From: Lingula anatina
Lineage: Eukaryota > Animalia > Brachiopoda
Assembly (NCBI GenBank): GCA_051362555.1
Contig: CM120641.1
Span: forward strand, 35,470,401 to 35,534,400
Reading direction: 5' to 3'
Length of the DNA: 64,000 bases
The first letter of the stretch is position 1. Each line of letters begins with the position of its first letter. A program made the translations under genes and the position numbers. Shown here one piece after another: positions 14,052-26,054 of this stretch. The notes under the pieces are model-generated. The model searched no databases, was not told where the DNA came from, and saw only the letters and a list, made by a program, of their open reading frames with translations.

Positions 14052-14329
14052 TAACTCAGTTACAGCTACTCGTTGTCCACTGTATGCGACGCACAAGAGC
14101 AAATTATGTCTCGGCCGCGCCTCCATTTAATTACCCTCTTGTATGTTGCAGTGGATGACTCGTGTTGTAACTAGTACTTGTTTGTATGATACAGCGATGA
14201 AGCAGAGGGGAACCGATTCTTTAATATTCCCAAAAATTACAATCGTATTCAGATTTCCAAAGTCTCATTTATACATCTTACTTTCAGCTGTTACATGTTT
14301 AATACTTCAAGAGCGTATAATGACCTCTC

Positions 14330-15318
14330 CACAGGTTGTCTATGTGGTTCTAATCTGGCATTCTTGATGGCCAAGGTAACTGCTCATTCCCTTGGTTGTG
14401 CGACTTAAAGTACTCTGTGTGAACCGGAATTTTCACCGTGCAACCTACCTACGGTGCAAGTACTGATTCAGTCAGTGACTTAAGTCATTCTAGACGAGGT
14501 ACGCGCTTCGTCTTAGGCCTTTCCGGGATGTCTGAAAACTGTACTTTGACATCTTTAGTGGTACAGGTGAAATCTGAGATCTATAAAGAAGACCACGGGG
14601 TTTTATTGTCCTGTCCAGAAAAGGCCATGGCCCCCATTTCATTAGAGAAACAGACGACGATTTTTTTTCTTTTAGAGTTGCTTCCTCAGGGGTCGCCTGG
14701 TATTCTAACCTGCTGAAACCAGTCTGGTGTTCGTTAAGGGCCTTTAAAAACACGTTCTGGTGGCAATTTGCCGCTCATTCTGAACGGAATGGATGGTCTT
14801 TATTTAGTTGCCGCAGAATATCCGTAAGGACAGCTAGTTCTGTATCCTGGTGGGTACATTTCGATATATATTGGGCGTCAATTGCCTCTGTGTAGGTACA
14901 TCCGTGTGGGCATAACTCTATAAAACCGTGCGGACCGTTCCGCGTGACACAATACTCTGTCTCTGGCAATATATATATATTTTTCGCGCCATTCTGGCAC
15001 AGATTAACAATGTCAGCTCATTTTAGCTTAGCCCATTTACGCACTGCAAAGCCAACCGCTTGCATGCAAAATTTCAAATTCTTTTATGCTGTAGTTGCCG
15101 ACGTTTTTTTTTGGATAGCACCATGTTTTACCAAAGCCAAGCTTTGACAAACCCAAAGGAGCACTACCCAATGAAATCACTGCATATTACGCCGTACAGC
15201 AGTGCAAAAGAAAGGGTAGTTAATTGGTAGCAGCACACCTGACTTCACACTTTCCCATTCACATATCTTATATGAGATCTGAGCATTTTAAAGAAGAACG
15301 CATTCTCACCTAGGCATG
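14330..15318 (-). mobile_element. Tc1/mariner relic, internal and 5' part
   Basis: Reverse-complement similarity to about 24555-25470, for example aaagccaagctttgac, ggagcactacccaat, acatatcttatatgagatc, cctaggcatg and tgctcattcccttgg. Confidence 0.8.
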
Positions 15319-15647
15319 TATTGTGTTTGATAATGTTTTCGTTTTTGTGATCTTATGAAGTCCATTAGCTGCCTAAAATTGGTTCATTATTGACATATGA
15401 TTAAAACACATTTGAGCTGTAGCCAAATTAGCCAAAAGCACTCGTATTCTATACTTTTGTTTTAACATGTATTAAAATACTTTAAATATCTTACATTGGG
15501 ATTGTCATATTTACATGTAGGAACGGATCACAATTGGTTTCATTGGTTTCACATTTGATTTGTAAATTTGTAACCATATTTGAGATGTTAACTACAAACT
15601 AATTGTGTAGAAAAACAAAATTATCTTAGATTTTTTATCTAGCTTTT

Positions 15648-18600
15648 CATACTTATACCAGAGACGAGGAATGGGGGTATTTTCACTTTTGCTGATTAAA
15701 CATGAGTGAAACCTTTTAAAAAGCCAAGACAACGTTTTTTATCCCTTTTTAATAGCCACTCCTTGCTATAATAATCGTATGCTGAAAATGGAATTATATC
15801 CACAAACACTCGCCCATTACGCAATCAAAGTTATTTCGAAACAGGACAAACTGGGCATCGCCAAATTATAATAAATGATTTTATAATTCCATCAACCTTT
15901 TAGGTTTTAACACAATTCTTGAAATGTTTTTTTTTTGGTACTTTATACCCATTTTAGAATTAAAGCAATTTTAGTATTACAAACTTCACTTCAACGTTTA
16001 ACTTTTAGATTCCTACTTTTTCCTGGTTGTTTTTTCATATATGTTAGTTTTTCTATAATTCCGGGTAATTACCTGTTATCAAGTAGTATTGTTCACGATT
16101 CAAAGTTTATTTGCTGGACAGACACATTCAGTAGACAATGCATGATTTAAACTACTTGAACGTTCTACTAAAGGTAAAGTGACGAAGTCCTGTGACGAAA
16201 CACTTAATTAATGCATGTAGCAGTCAAAGTGTTGAGTGTTTAAGATAAACTTCTACCAAAACGCTTAACCGTCACACAGACAGGAAGACCAGTAATTGTG
16301 CTTTAATATCTCTCCTAATTTGAAAATCGTTATTTTAGGAACTATGTACACTTAAACATTCTAGTTCTGATGAAACTGACCATCTTTTTTTACCTCAAAA
16401 TTGCTAACTGTCACACTGACACAAAGATCAGCAACTGTGCTTTAATGTCTCTACTAATTTGAAAATCGTATACACTTAAACATTCAAGTTCTATGAAACT
16501 GACCATCTACTTTTTCTAAATCGCTTATGACATTTAAAAGAGTGATGAAATGAGTTCCATCTAACACTTCTATTATTATTACTGTTGATATACCACTAGT
16601 AACCATAGTAACCAATAATATTTGTGCTGAACATACGAGTAACAGAATATAATTTAATATGCATTTTGTGCTAAAATATAAATTGAGTAATATCTCAGGT
16701 GTTTCAAAGCCTTTAAAGCAGTTGCATACAAGCAGGTATGAAGCTATTACACTTAATTCAGTTACATTCCAGGTGTTATCCATTGGATGCGGTCCAATAA
16801 TTATGTATTCTGCGGCAAGCTATCAACAGGAAATCTATGAATAAAATTATTAGAAATTTCCCTGAAAGATCATACGGTATATCTTTAGACTCGTCATTAA
16901 CCAGCACGCCTAACATAGTAAGTCTTAGAAATGTCCCTTTATGAACAAGAACAAAAAATGGAAAAAAAGTTCTGTAATAACCCACAGATATTTACAAAAT
17001 AACTCAAGGCCTTAGCTGGATTAACAATGATTTCTTCAAATTCGTCTTCTAATTAAAATTATTGAATTTCAATAATTTGAACATTGCCTTTCTGATGTTT
17101 GTATTCAGCAAACCGTAGATTAAAGGGTTGACTGCTGAGCTAAGCAAAATTAATTCCGAACCAATATTTAAAAGAGTAACAAAAAGATTCCTGTCGTTTA
17201 AAGACTGCTCCAGGTATGGCCCTATTATTCCACTAGGAAGAATCAGCACAATTAGTGTGCATACTGTAAGGGCTGTCATTTTAGCAAGTTTTGCCTCCTT
17301 TTTGTTCGAGGTTGAGACAATCGTTGGAATTTCGGCTACAGGTCTTTTCTTTGCTGGATCCTCATTGATGATTTCGCTACCTAGGTGCTCGATTTGATCA
17401 ACAGATTGTTCATGTACAATTTGTGTGTCTTTGAATTCATTATGCACTTTAGTTGTGCATGCCGCGTTGCCTGTTGACGTGGAAGGTATCGGTTCTGTTG
17501 GGTTTTCAGCTGGCGGTTGCTTTAATCTTTGTCCAATATTACCATCTCGAGTAGTTGAGATGGAAACGTCATTTGCTTGCCCTCCGTCCGGTCTCGTGTT
17601 TGTGGGCGACATTTGACCGTCAGCTCCCATGTGCTGTTTCTGTCGCATTTCGCACGGAGCATACGACGTTGACGCTAATGCTTCTCCCTTCTGACTCATC
17701 CTCAGCGGCTGTACATATAGAACCCGGGGGATCCTCAGGGTATTTTCATGCGGAGTATTAACTTCAGCTCGGTTATTAGTGATCATTTGGGCTTTTATTT
17801 TTCTATTATTAATTTGGACATGACGGAAAATCGCAACGTACAGTCCAAAGATTAACAAAAGACAAATTGGTACGTGTGGCAGTATCACGTATTTCGCGAA
17901 TTCCCTTTGAATGTCCTGTGGTCTGCACTCTTTGTCTGGGGACCAATTGTGCCAGCCAAACAATGGGGGGAGATGTATGGCAATACCGTAGAACCAAGTC
18001 AGTATTATGGCTGCTTTGTGTCTCTTCCGGCTAAATATTTGATGGTACCGAGTGATTCGACAAATTTTTATGTATCTCTCAAACGCAATGAGTAACTGAT
18101 GAAAGAAAGATACTGGTAGGAAACATCCGCCTATAAAAAGTTTTAAAAGACAAAAGAATTTTTCATACCTCAGATGCTGCAGATTCGACACCATATCAAT
18201 CAGATACGTCGAAACGATATTGAAGGGTGCGAACAGGAGTCCGGTGAGCAGATCAACAATCGCAAGGCTGAATATTGCATAATTAACCTGCACTTGTAAT
18301 TCTTTGCACTTGAGAAAAGTGGCGATAAAAAGACTGTTCTCGAAAATGATTGCACCAGATAATATGATTTCCACAACAATGAAAACAACGCAAGTGCCAT
18401 GTTGGATTTCGCAATAACGCTTCTCCAGGTTAGTTCCATTCAAAATAGAACCTGCAGACATCGCTAGAACAGTCTCATTGCTCGGTGCAGTGCTCATTTT
18501 GAGATTATCTTCCAACGTGATATCAGTTCAGTGGCATTCATATACAGTGTAAAAGTTTTCTGGTACGTAATTTATATTTATATAATTTTCCATTTAGATA

Positions 18601-18880
18601 AAAAAAAAAAAAATTTTAAACATCTGCTGAAAAACAACCTTGTGAAAATGGAAACTTAGCACGTATACATCCTTACCCTGGCCTGTTTGGCAATTGAGAC
18701 CCTGGCCTGTACAGCAATTAAGAGTCTCTTGTTTTGATTTTATAATATGGCCACTCTGATTTAATCTTATGGATAACATCTGCATTTCCCTGACAGTAAT
18801 GTCTTTATTGACTATAGTATTTTAGTTGTTTGTATGATACAGAGATGAAGCAAATGAGAGCTGATTCTTTAATATTCCCT
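15648..18880. repeat. Tandem segmental duplication, unit 2
   Basis: Colinear with 10238-14232. Confidence 0.9.
17049..18497 (-). CDS. Intronless orphan class A (rhodopsin-like) GPCR, copy 2, 482 aa, long third intracellular loop
   Basis: Seven hydrophobic segments, N-terminal NxT sequons, SLAIVDLL, TM3 Cys, AFERY, TM4 Trp, LPPLFGW and SAVNPLIY followed by helix 8. First ATG is at 18497; the track start at 18515 is a TTG. Confidence 0.93.
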   Translation of the reverse strand: MSTAPSNETVLAMSAGSILNGTNLEKRYCEIQHGTCVVFIVVEIILSGAIIFENSLFIATFLKCKELQVQVNYAIFSLAIVDLLTGLLFAPFNIVSTYLIDMVSNLQHLRYEKFFCLLKLFIGGCFLPVSFFHQLLIAFERYIKICRITRYHQIFSRKRHKAAIILTWFYGIAIHLPPLFGWHNWSPDKECRPQDIQREFAKYVILPHVPICLLLIFGLYVAIFRHVQINNRKIKAQMITNNRAEVNTPHENTLRIPRVLYVQPLRMSQKGEALASTSYAPCEMRQKQHMGADGQMSPTNTRPDGGQANDVSISTTRDGNIGQRLKQPPAENPTEPIPSTSTGNAACTTKVHNEFKDTQIVHEQSVDQIEHLGSEIINEDPAKKRPVAEIPTIVSTSNKKEAKLAKMTALTVCTLIVLILPSGIIGPYLEQSLNDRNLFVTLLNIGSELILLSSAVNPLIYGLLNTNIRKAMFKLLKFNNFN

Positions 18881-19899
18881 ACTCTATTGCTGTTTTTTCG
18901 CCTTTTCGCATTTGTTTCAGGGTCTCCAGAGGATGTCATCCACAAAATTAAATCGGTGTGGCCTAATCATTATATAAGATGTAGAAAGTCATCTTAAAGT
19001 TTGGTCCTGCTAATTACGATTGCAGTAAATACCCATACTATGGCATTACGTACAAACCATTCATTAACTCTTCGACAAAGCCGAGAAACCGTGCACCTGC
19101 CACCATTTCACACCTTATGACGTCGATTCCCGACTATATTTTCCAAGGCACATCACTGAAACTTTGAGAATTGATCAAGTACATTCTGAAATTTGTGTCC
19201 AGCAAATGTCATACATTTTGATGGACCTCTGTAGGATTTAATAATCGTTTTATGGATTCTTTTTTCGGGGGGTCACCCAGTACCTCTGGAAACCGTGTTC
19301 TACCAATTCTTTTCTCGAACAATCTCAGAGCCTACGCGTCCTTTGGACGGGTACTTTTCCACTATAATGTATAAAGAAACTGAATGTCAGAGTCTGAGGA
19401 CATGGTGGTTGAGCAGGCCACAGATAATTGAAAGGGGTTTATTGTGAAATTTTAAAAATGAAGTCCTTTTTAAAGTTATGTATTTGTCCTTCCTCACACG
19501 AAGACAGATGACTTTTAGCTGATTGAAAAATTTAATAGTCATGTCGAATTTCCCCTCGTTTACGGCTTGTTGAGATGAAATATTCATTTATAAAAATCGT
19601 GTTCTCCATTTCCGTTCATTTTTGAAAGAGTGTATTATATGAAGATTTTAAACTTTTTTTTACATTTTTGCGTAGCTTTGTCAAAAAGACCATTTTGAAC
19701 GGTTTAGATTGGGGCTGTCTTGTCCCTTCACGATGTCAAAATTTAAAAACTGACTGGGTAGGAGAGGATACGGGCGAAATAAAAATTTTAATGACTTATT
19801 TTAGTGTATTTTTGGATTAAATAAAGCAAATGGCCCCTTAGCCCACTTCCCCCTTCCTGCGCGGTTGACACATTGGGGATTATAATAAAGGGAACCGGA

Positions 19900-20046
19900 G
19901 AAGATCAGCATTGGTCAGAATTGTGCCGGAAGTGACGTGCAGTGGTGTTAGAAACGAAGCTGAGTGGTCATTTTAACATAGAGGTGAACGGCAGTGAAGA
20001 CGGGTTGTCGGAGGAAAAAGAAGTTTTCTAAACAACATGGTAAGAT
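19900..20046 (+). promoter_or_regulatory. CpG-enriched promoter-like segment with an ETS/CRE composite motif and an ATG|GTAAGA first-exon end
   Basis: CCGGAAGTGACGT at 19926-19938 and aacaacATG|gtaaga at 20037-20045. Confidence 0.4.
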
Positions 20047-20875
20047 AACTCTCTTTTTTTTCGCATTTTGGGCAGAGAAAACTTGTAGAAATAATAAATG
20101 CATGATATGAAAACGTGACACGGAACTTGAAGGTGCAAAATCGTGCTTAATTGGCGGTCAACTTGTTTAGAAATAAATGCTGCGTCGACCGCCAGCGCGA
20201 CAAAAAGCGTAAAGGGGAAATAATTCCCGGGAGTCTATAAATCGTTGTCATGTGGAAATTTGGCATTAATATATTCCGATATGTCCATATCTAAGTATTT
20301 TTGGGGTGTATGAGCTGCAATTAGAACGAAGTTTTAGAGGTCTTGAAGGACCTTGTGAAAACAAGGAAGTAGTTCGTAACTAACAAGTGATAACCCGGTT
20401 CCTAGGACTATGATTGGAATGATAAAAAGAAAATATATGTTACTATGCTTTTATTCGCCTTTGAAATTAACTTTAAGATAATATGTTGAATTTTCATTTT
20501 CAATATTCAGATAAAAAAAATTGAAGTAAGAACAAATGATATCAAAATTATAACCATTGGCGCGTTCGTATTCAGTGAGGTGTATTTACTGCTTAAGGCC
20601 CAAATTTCCGTCTTATATATTTTTGGTAAAAGGGATTAAAGTAAGTATTCATCTCAAAATATCTCTACTTTGATACAAAATTTTGCTGAATTAAACAAAA
20701 TAAGTCGAAATAAAGAGGATATTACGGATATTGCACTTTGAGTTTTGATTATGGCAATCGACCTACTAAGGTTGAATAATGGAATTTGTGTCTTATGCTT
20801 GTTTTTCTATTGCACATAATTTGAGTGTTGTCGGTCCAAAAAAGAGCAGAATGATCAGTTTGCGATGAGTTCGAA

Positions 20876-21673
20876 TTAGATCGGCGTGTCTTCGTCACTG
20901 ATGGAAATGGCATCCTTGAAGCTCCGGTGATCCTCGGGTGATGGGGGTGTCCTTGGGGTCAGGTCAAGGTCATCAACTCTCCAGTCCGCATCATCGAGGC
21001 CTTTGGTGACGACATCATAGTATGCCTGCTCAGCCCGGGTGACGACGTCAAACATTGGCTGGAGGTCAACGTGAAAGAACCCGCTAAAATAGGACGTAAT
21101 TAAATGTTTATTTTCCACATACTGTTGTTACCGTTGTTTGGCGGGGGAATATACCGGTATATGAGAAAAGAATTATGAATTAAGGAGAACGAATGTTAAA
21201 TGTACTGATTATTCGAAAAGCTTCCTGGAAATATTTCAAGATGTATAATTGTCTCCAGTTCCTTTTATTCACACATACAGTAATTTTACTGCATGTTTTA
21301 TTTTTTCTTTGCGTATAACCCAATCTATTTCAGATTGGGCTGTTTAATGAATTTATCATATTCTAACTTTCTATATTAATCAAATCATGTAACAATCGTA
21401 TTTCACCTAAAAGGAGAATCCAGGTCGGCAACAATGTAGCACAGCATGCTAATTGAAATGATGGTAATAAAGGACACTACCAATTCGAAGCGGTAAGACT
21501 GGCCATCAATCATCTGGATTCCCAAGAATGCCGCCAGGCCCAAAGACTCCAAAATGATCCACCTAAAAAAGAAATTGATCATTATTGCTTTTGTCGTATT
21601 ACAAAACATTTTCTGAATCTTAAATAAATTGCTTTCGTTTTGTACATGATTACTTCTTGTAAAAATCTAGCAC

Positions 21674-21711
<38 letters not shown>

Positions 21712-24194
21712 ATCGAGAGAGAGAGACTCACTGTAAAATGTGTAGGCGAGTGTGGAAAGGCCCCATTCTATCAAAGTCCACTCCGATCAGGTCGATAACA
21801 ACTGTAATGGCCTTGTTGGTCAGCACCGTGTCCACGCGGTAAGACTTGTCCGTCATGTCTACGTTGCGCAGCCTGTCAAGCACCTCGTAAAGACTCTCTG
21901 AAAAAAAAAATTAAGTGTGAGTTGTGATATCTAAAAGGCCTACATTGCGCTTGCTAATGGAGAAATCAGTTGAAACATTTTATTTCAGGCTACTTAAGTT
22001 GTGTCCTGTTTGAACGGTTTCAGAAAAAGATTTTCTCCTCAAGAATGTTGCTGTATGTACCACTAAATGTTACATGGTCGCTAACGTTGTTTTGAATATA
22101 TCATTTATGTCTCCTCCATCTCAGTGTACCACAAACTTTTATGGTCTCATTCATAGCAAGAAAGAAGGCAATCAGGAGTATTGATTGTTGGTGATTTGGC
22201 CAAACAAGGCCGCTTTTATTATATAACCCCTCTATCCTGATCGTTTAACAATAATAACAATGTAGCAAATTGTTGCCTGTATTAAATGTTATGGCCTTAG
22301 GGATAAAAATTATATCAAATATTCAATAAGACTCATCATCCTAAAAATTATGATGCGACGAGTCAGCAAAAGTTATTATTTACCAACAATTTTGCACAAA
22401 TTTCATTTGTGGGGTTGCAAAGAGGGCCTGCACATGTGCACAATTAAGCTCTGGAGATTGTTGTCGCCATAAAATGTCGTTTGACTACGCCAAACTTTCC
22501 TTTCTTGTACCTCTTAAGGATACTTTGTCCACTATCAACTTACCTCTGATGTTTGGGGGTTTGGTGGTCAGAGTCTTATAGTAGCTCAGAGGATAATCCA
22601 TGATGTGGACCATCATATTAATGCTGGCGTCTTTCACGGACCGGATGATTTCGATCTTGTCGTGGGGTAGCAGATGAAGCTTGCCGGTCATAGCGACAAT
22701 CTGAGCCAGTAGCCCAATCTCGACCATGAACCTTGTTGTTACCTGCCCCTGCTTGCCGGCTACAACTTGGAAGATGAAGCCGAACATGATGGCGTAGACG
22801 AGACCAGAGGGTGTCAGGTAGCTACGAATGGCGTCGTTGACATTTAAATCTTGGCGGTCGACACCGATCTCGGTCCACAGAGCGTCCATCAGCCATTCGT
22901 CGAAGTACAGCATGAGTGGCGAGGCGAGGAGGCACAACACGCAGGGTGTCATAATGCGGAGAAGTTCTGTTGGCTGGTTAGGGAACTTGATCATTGTGTC
23001 CTTAACTTCGAGATCAAATGAACTCAGAAAAGGCTTGATAGAGGTGTCTGGTCGCTTTTTTAGCTCTTCTCGGAAAGCTCTCACCGCGACCTCAGCCTTA
23101 TTAACTGGCTGCCATCCTTTCATATGGTGTGTTTTAACATAAAGATACACCATAGCTGAAAATAAGACCTGCGTCATTAGTTGGAATTTAAAAGATTGTG
23201 GAATTTTAGATTTCATCTAATCGATAGTTTATGTTTGAGATCATACAATATACATGTAAGCCATAACACCTCCAGCGTCTTCGAGAGGTACACGTGTTCA
23301 AAACATTTGTCGCGAGAGGGTGACAGTGTCCCTTTATTGTGTTTGCGCGTGAATGTTTCTCTGCTTTTGTCAAATTACATTGCAAGCCAAATATTAAAAC
23401 AAAACGAAAGCGAATTATACTGAGAGATAGCTCTATTGGCTTGCTTATTATGTTTCATCATAGGAAAAATAAATGAAATTTAATTAATACGCAGAATATG
23501 TGGTGTCTTTCTCTTCAGTTATTGTATATGCTCTTAAGACTTAGAATTTTTCACAGTATTTTTCTGTATTTTTTCATGGAAGTATGAAAGCTACTGAATA
23601 TTAAAATTCAGCCTCCGTCAGCCGCTACAAATATGTGACATAATCAATTTTTTATCCATGGAATAAATGTTGAGATTAAGAGCGATGAGATATCGCAAGA
23701 TAGATACTGACTAGTGCAACGACTTTGTAAATGCAGCAAAGAAGCATATGTTTATCAAGATTTTCAAAAATATTTCTTGCATTACTGTATAAATATAATA
23801 TCATGTAAATGAATTAATAAGCAATGATTGCTTTAAAAGCATATGGACAAAACGGCCTAGCTGGCATTTATATTATTATACGCATTATACATTTGATTCT
23901 GCATAGACTTTCTAATGGATTGACAGAAAAGTATATAAACTGTATACCGAAAACAAAAGTCATGCAGTGTAGCAAAACAATCAAACATATGAGGTAGGCC
24001 TACAATATACGACATGCCATAATCGATGGTAGATTTGTTTTCTCTACTAACTTACCCAAAATTATTAAAATTATGGAAGCGAACGGAGGAATTGTTATTT
24101 CGTTAATGTCAGGGCGATCCTTTGTCTCTTTACCGGCTACCAACGCCATGTCGCTGGCAATCAGAAGTAAAGCTGTTACTACCACTCTATTCAT
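20876..24194 (-). CDS. Five-exon membrane protein, 426 aa, DUF4239/bestrophin-like
   Basis: Exons 24056-24194, 22544-23155, 21732-21897, 21407-21562 and 20876-21083 are all GT-AG, phase-compatible and total 1281 nt. The product has a signal peptide, several TM helices, and the motifs GLVYAIMFGFIFQ..E and YIVADLDSPFSGFFHVDLQP. Confidence 0.8.
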
Positions 24195-24439
24195 TGTCTT
24201 TGATATTCATTTCAAAATAAATACTTTGATCTAGAGTGGAGACATCGTCCTGCCCAGCCGTGTGTTGCGTGGCTGCAGAATCGCTGTGGAGAATATGCAA
24301 ATGAGATGTCAACGTAACGCGTTTGTGACGTCATACAGAATAGAGAATCGTGTAGTAGCGCAAGGGATGATCTCGAACGTCCGAGAACTATAATTGGTAT
24401 CATGACTTGTTGCATGTATTACAATGACAAGTTCCCTAT

Positions 24440-24514
<75 letters not shown>

Positions 24515-24518
<4 letters not shown>

Positions 24519-25976
24519 CTTGACATTTAATATGGAATATTTCAGTTTCGAAGGCATGCCTAGGTAAAAATGCGTTCTTTTTTCAAAAAACTCCGATCTC
24601 ATATAAGATATGTCAATGGAGAATTGTGTATCAGGTGTGTAGCTACCAAATAACTGAATTCCAGGTTTGTTGCACTGCTGAATTATATTATATGCAGTGA
24701 TTTAATTGGGTAGTGCTCCTTAGCGCAGGTCAAAGCTTGGCTTTGGCAAAGCATGGTTCTGTCAAAAAAGTTTCCATATGTCGGCAACTACTGCATAGAA
24801 AAATTTGAAATTTTGCATGCAAGTGGTCGGTTTTGCAATGTGTAAAATAAGCTACGCCGTGCTTTACAAATTTATTAATCTGTGGCAGAATGGCGCGAAA
24901 AATACAGACATTACCAGAGAGATAATTGCGCCGAACGAAACGGTCCGCACAGTTTTATAGAGTAATGCCCAGACTGATGTACCTACACAGAGGCTACACA
25001 CAATGTATTGAAATCTTACCACCAGGGTACAGGACCCACTGTATACTAGACGACCTCCGAGGAACCCACTGTAAACAGCAAAACATCGTTGTATGTTTCT
25101 CTAATGAACTGAGGACCTTGACCGTTTCTGGGTTGAACACTGAAACCTCGTGGCTTTCTTTATTGAGGTCATATTTCAAAGTGACTAAGATCATTAACAG
25201 CGTCAGTATATGGGGTGGATACCACATTGGTGCCAAAACACCAATGGTTGTCATCGACGAAAACCTGAACCAGATCAAATAAAGGAATAATCTGGGAACC
25301 ACCTGACTATCATTTGATAGAGGGCAACTAAGGAACAATTTTAGGTTGCACGGTGAGATTACCGGTTCACACAGAGCGCTTTTAATAGCAGATTACTTAC
25401 AGAACTAAGGGAATGAGCAGCTACCTTGGTCATCAAAATCGCCATATTTGAACCACATAGACAATATGTGGGTTGGTCATTACTCGCCCAATCAAAATGT
25501 CCGCCGATCTAAATGTCCTACAACAAAACTGGACCAAATTGGACAGATTTTGACCGATGCCTGGAATGTTATTCCAGATTGAACTCTACAAAACTATCCC
25601 AAGGAATGCCTTGCAACTTGAAAGCGCTGGTAGCAGCCAGAAGAGGTCAGGCGTAACAGCGACCGTTACTGTGACTAGACACTGACATGAGGGTCCCTTG
25701 TGGAGCGTGTAACTCTTTTACAGGTAATAATTTGGAAAATATGGGGATCCAAAATATCTCTTTTAATGGTTGTCGTATGACATACAATAAGCAATGTGTT
25801 TTTGTTTGCTACTCTGGCGAATTCCATTAAAGAACTGATGTCAAAGTGACATCAAAAAGATAATTAAAAGTTATTAAACCACTATTTTAATCCTTATTTT
25901 CATTTATCAGTCAGCAAAATAGGAAAAAACTGATGAAAAATGATTTGGAAAAAAATATTCCATATTAAATGTCAAG

Positions 25977-25980
<4 letters not shown>
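24515..25980 (+). mobile_element. Tc1/mariner element with both TIRs and a decayed transposase, embedded in (TA)n
   Basis: TIRs cagacttgacatttaatatggaatat ... atattccatattaaatgtcaagtctg. Remnant peptides SVSIWGGYHIGAKTPMVVIDENLN and WSSKSPYLNHIDNMW. TA runs of about 70 bp lie on each side. Confidence 0.92.

Positions 25981-26054
<74 letters not shown>

Larger units (their letters stand above)
10238..14232. repeat. Tandem segmental duplication, unit 1 (GPCR plus flanks)
   Basis: Colinear with 15648-18880 from ...tataccagag..gagg..ggg gtattttcacttttgctgat to ...ttgtttgtatgatacag.gatgaagca...gattctttaatattccc. It contains ~700 bp extra, including MITEs, and an internal ~145 bp repeat near 10870-11150. 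Confidence 0.9.
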
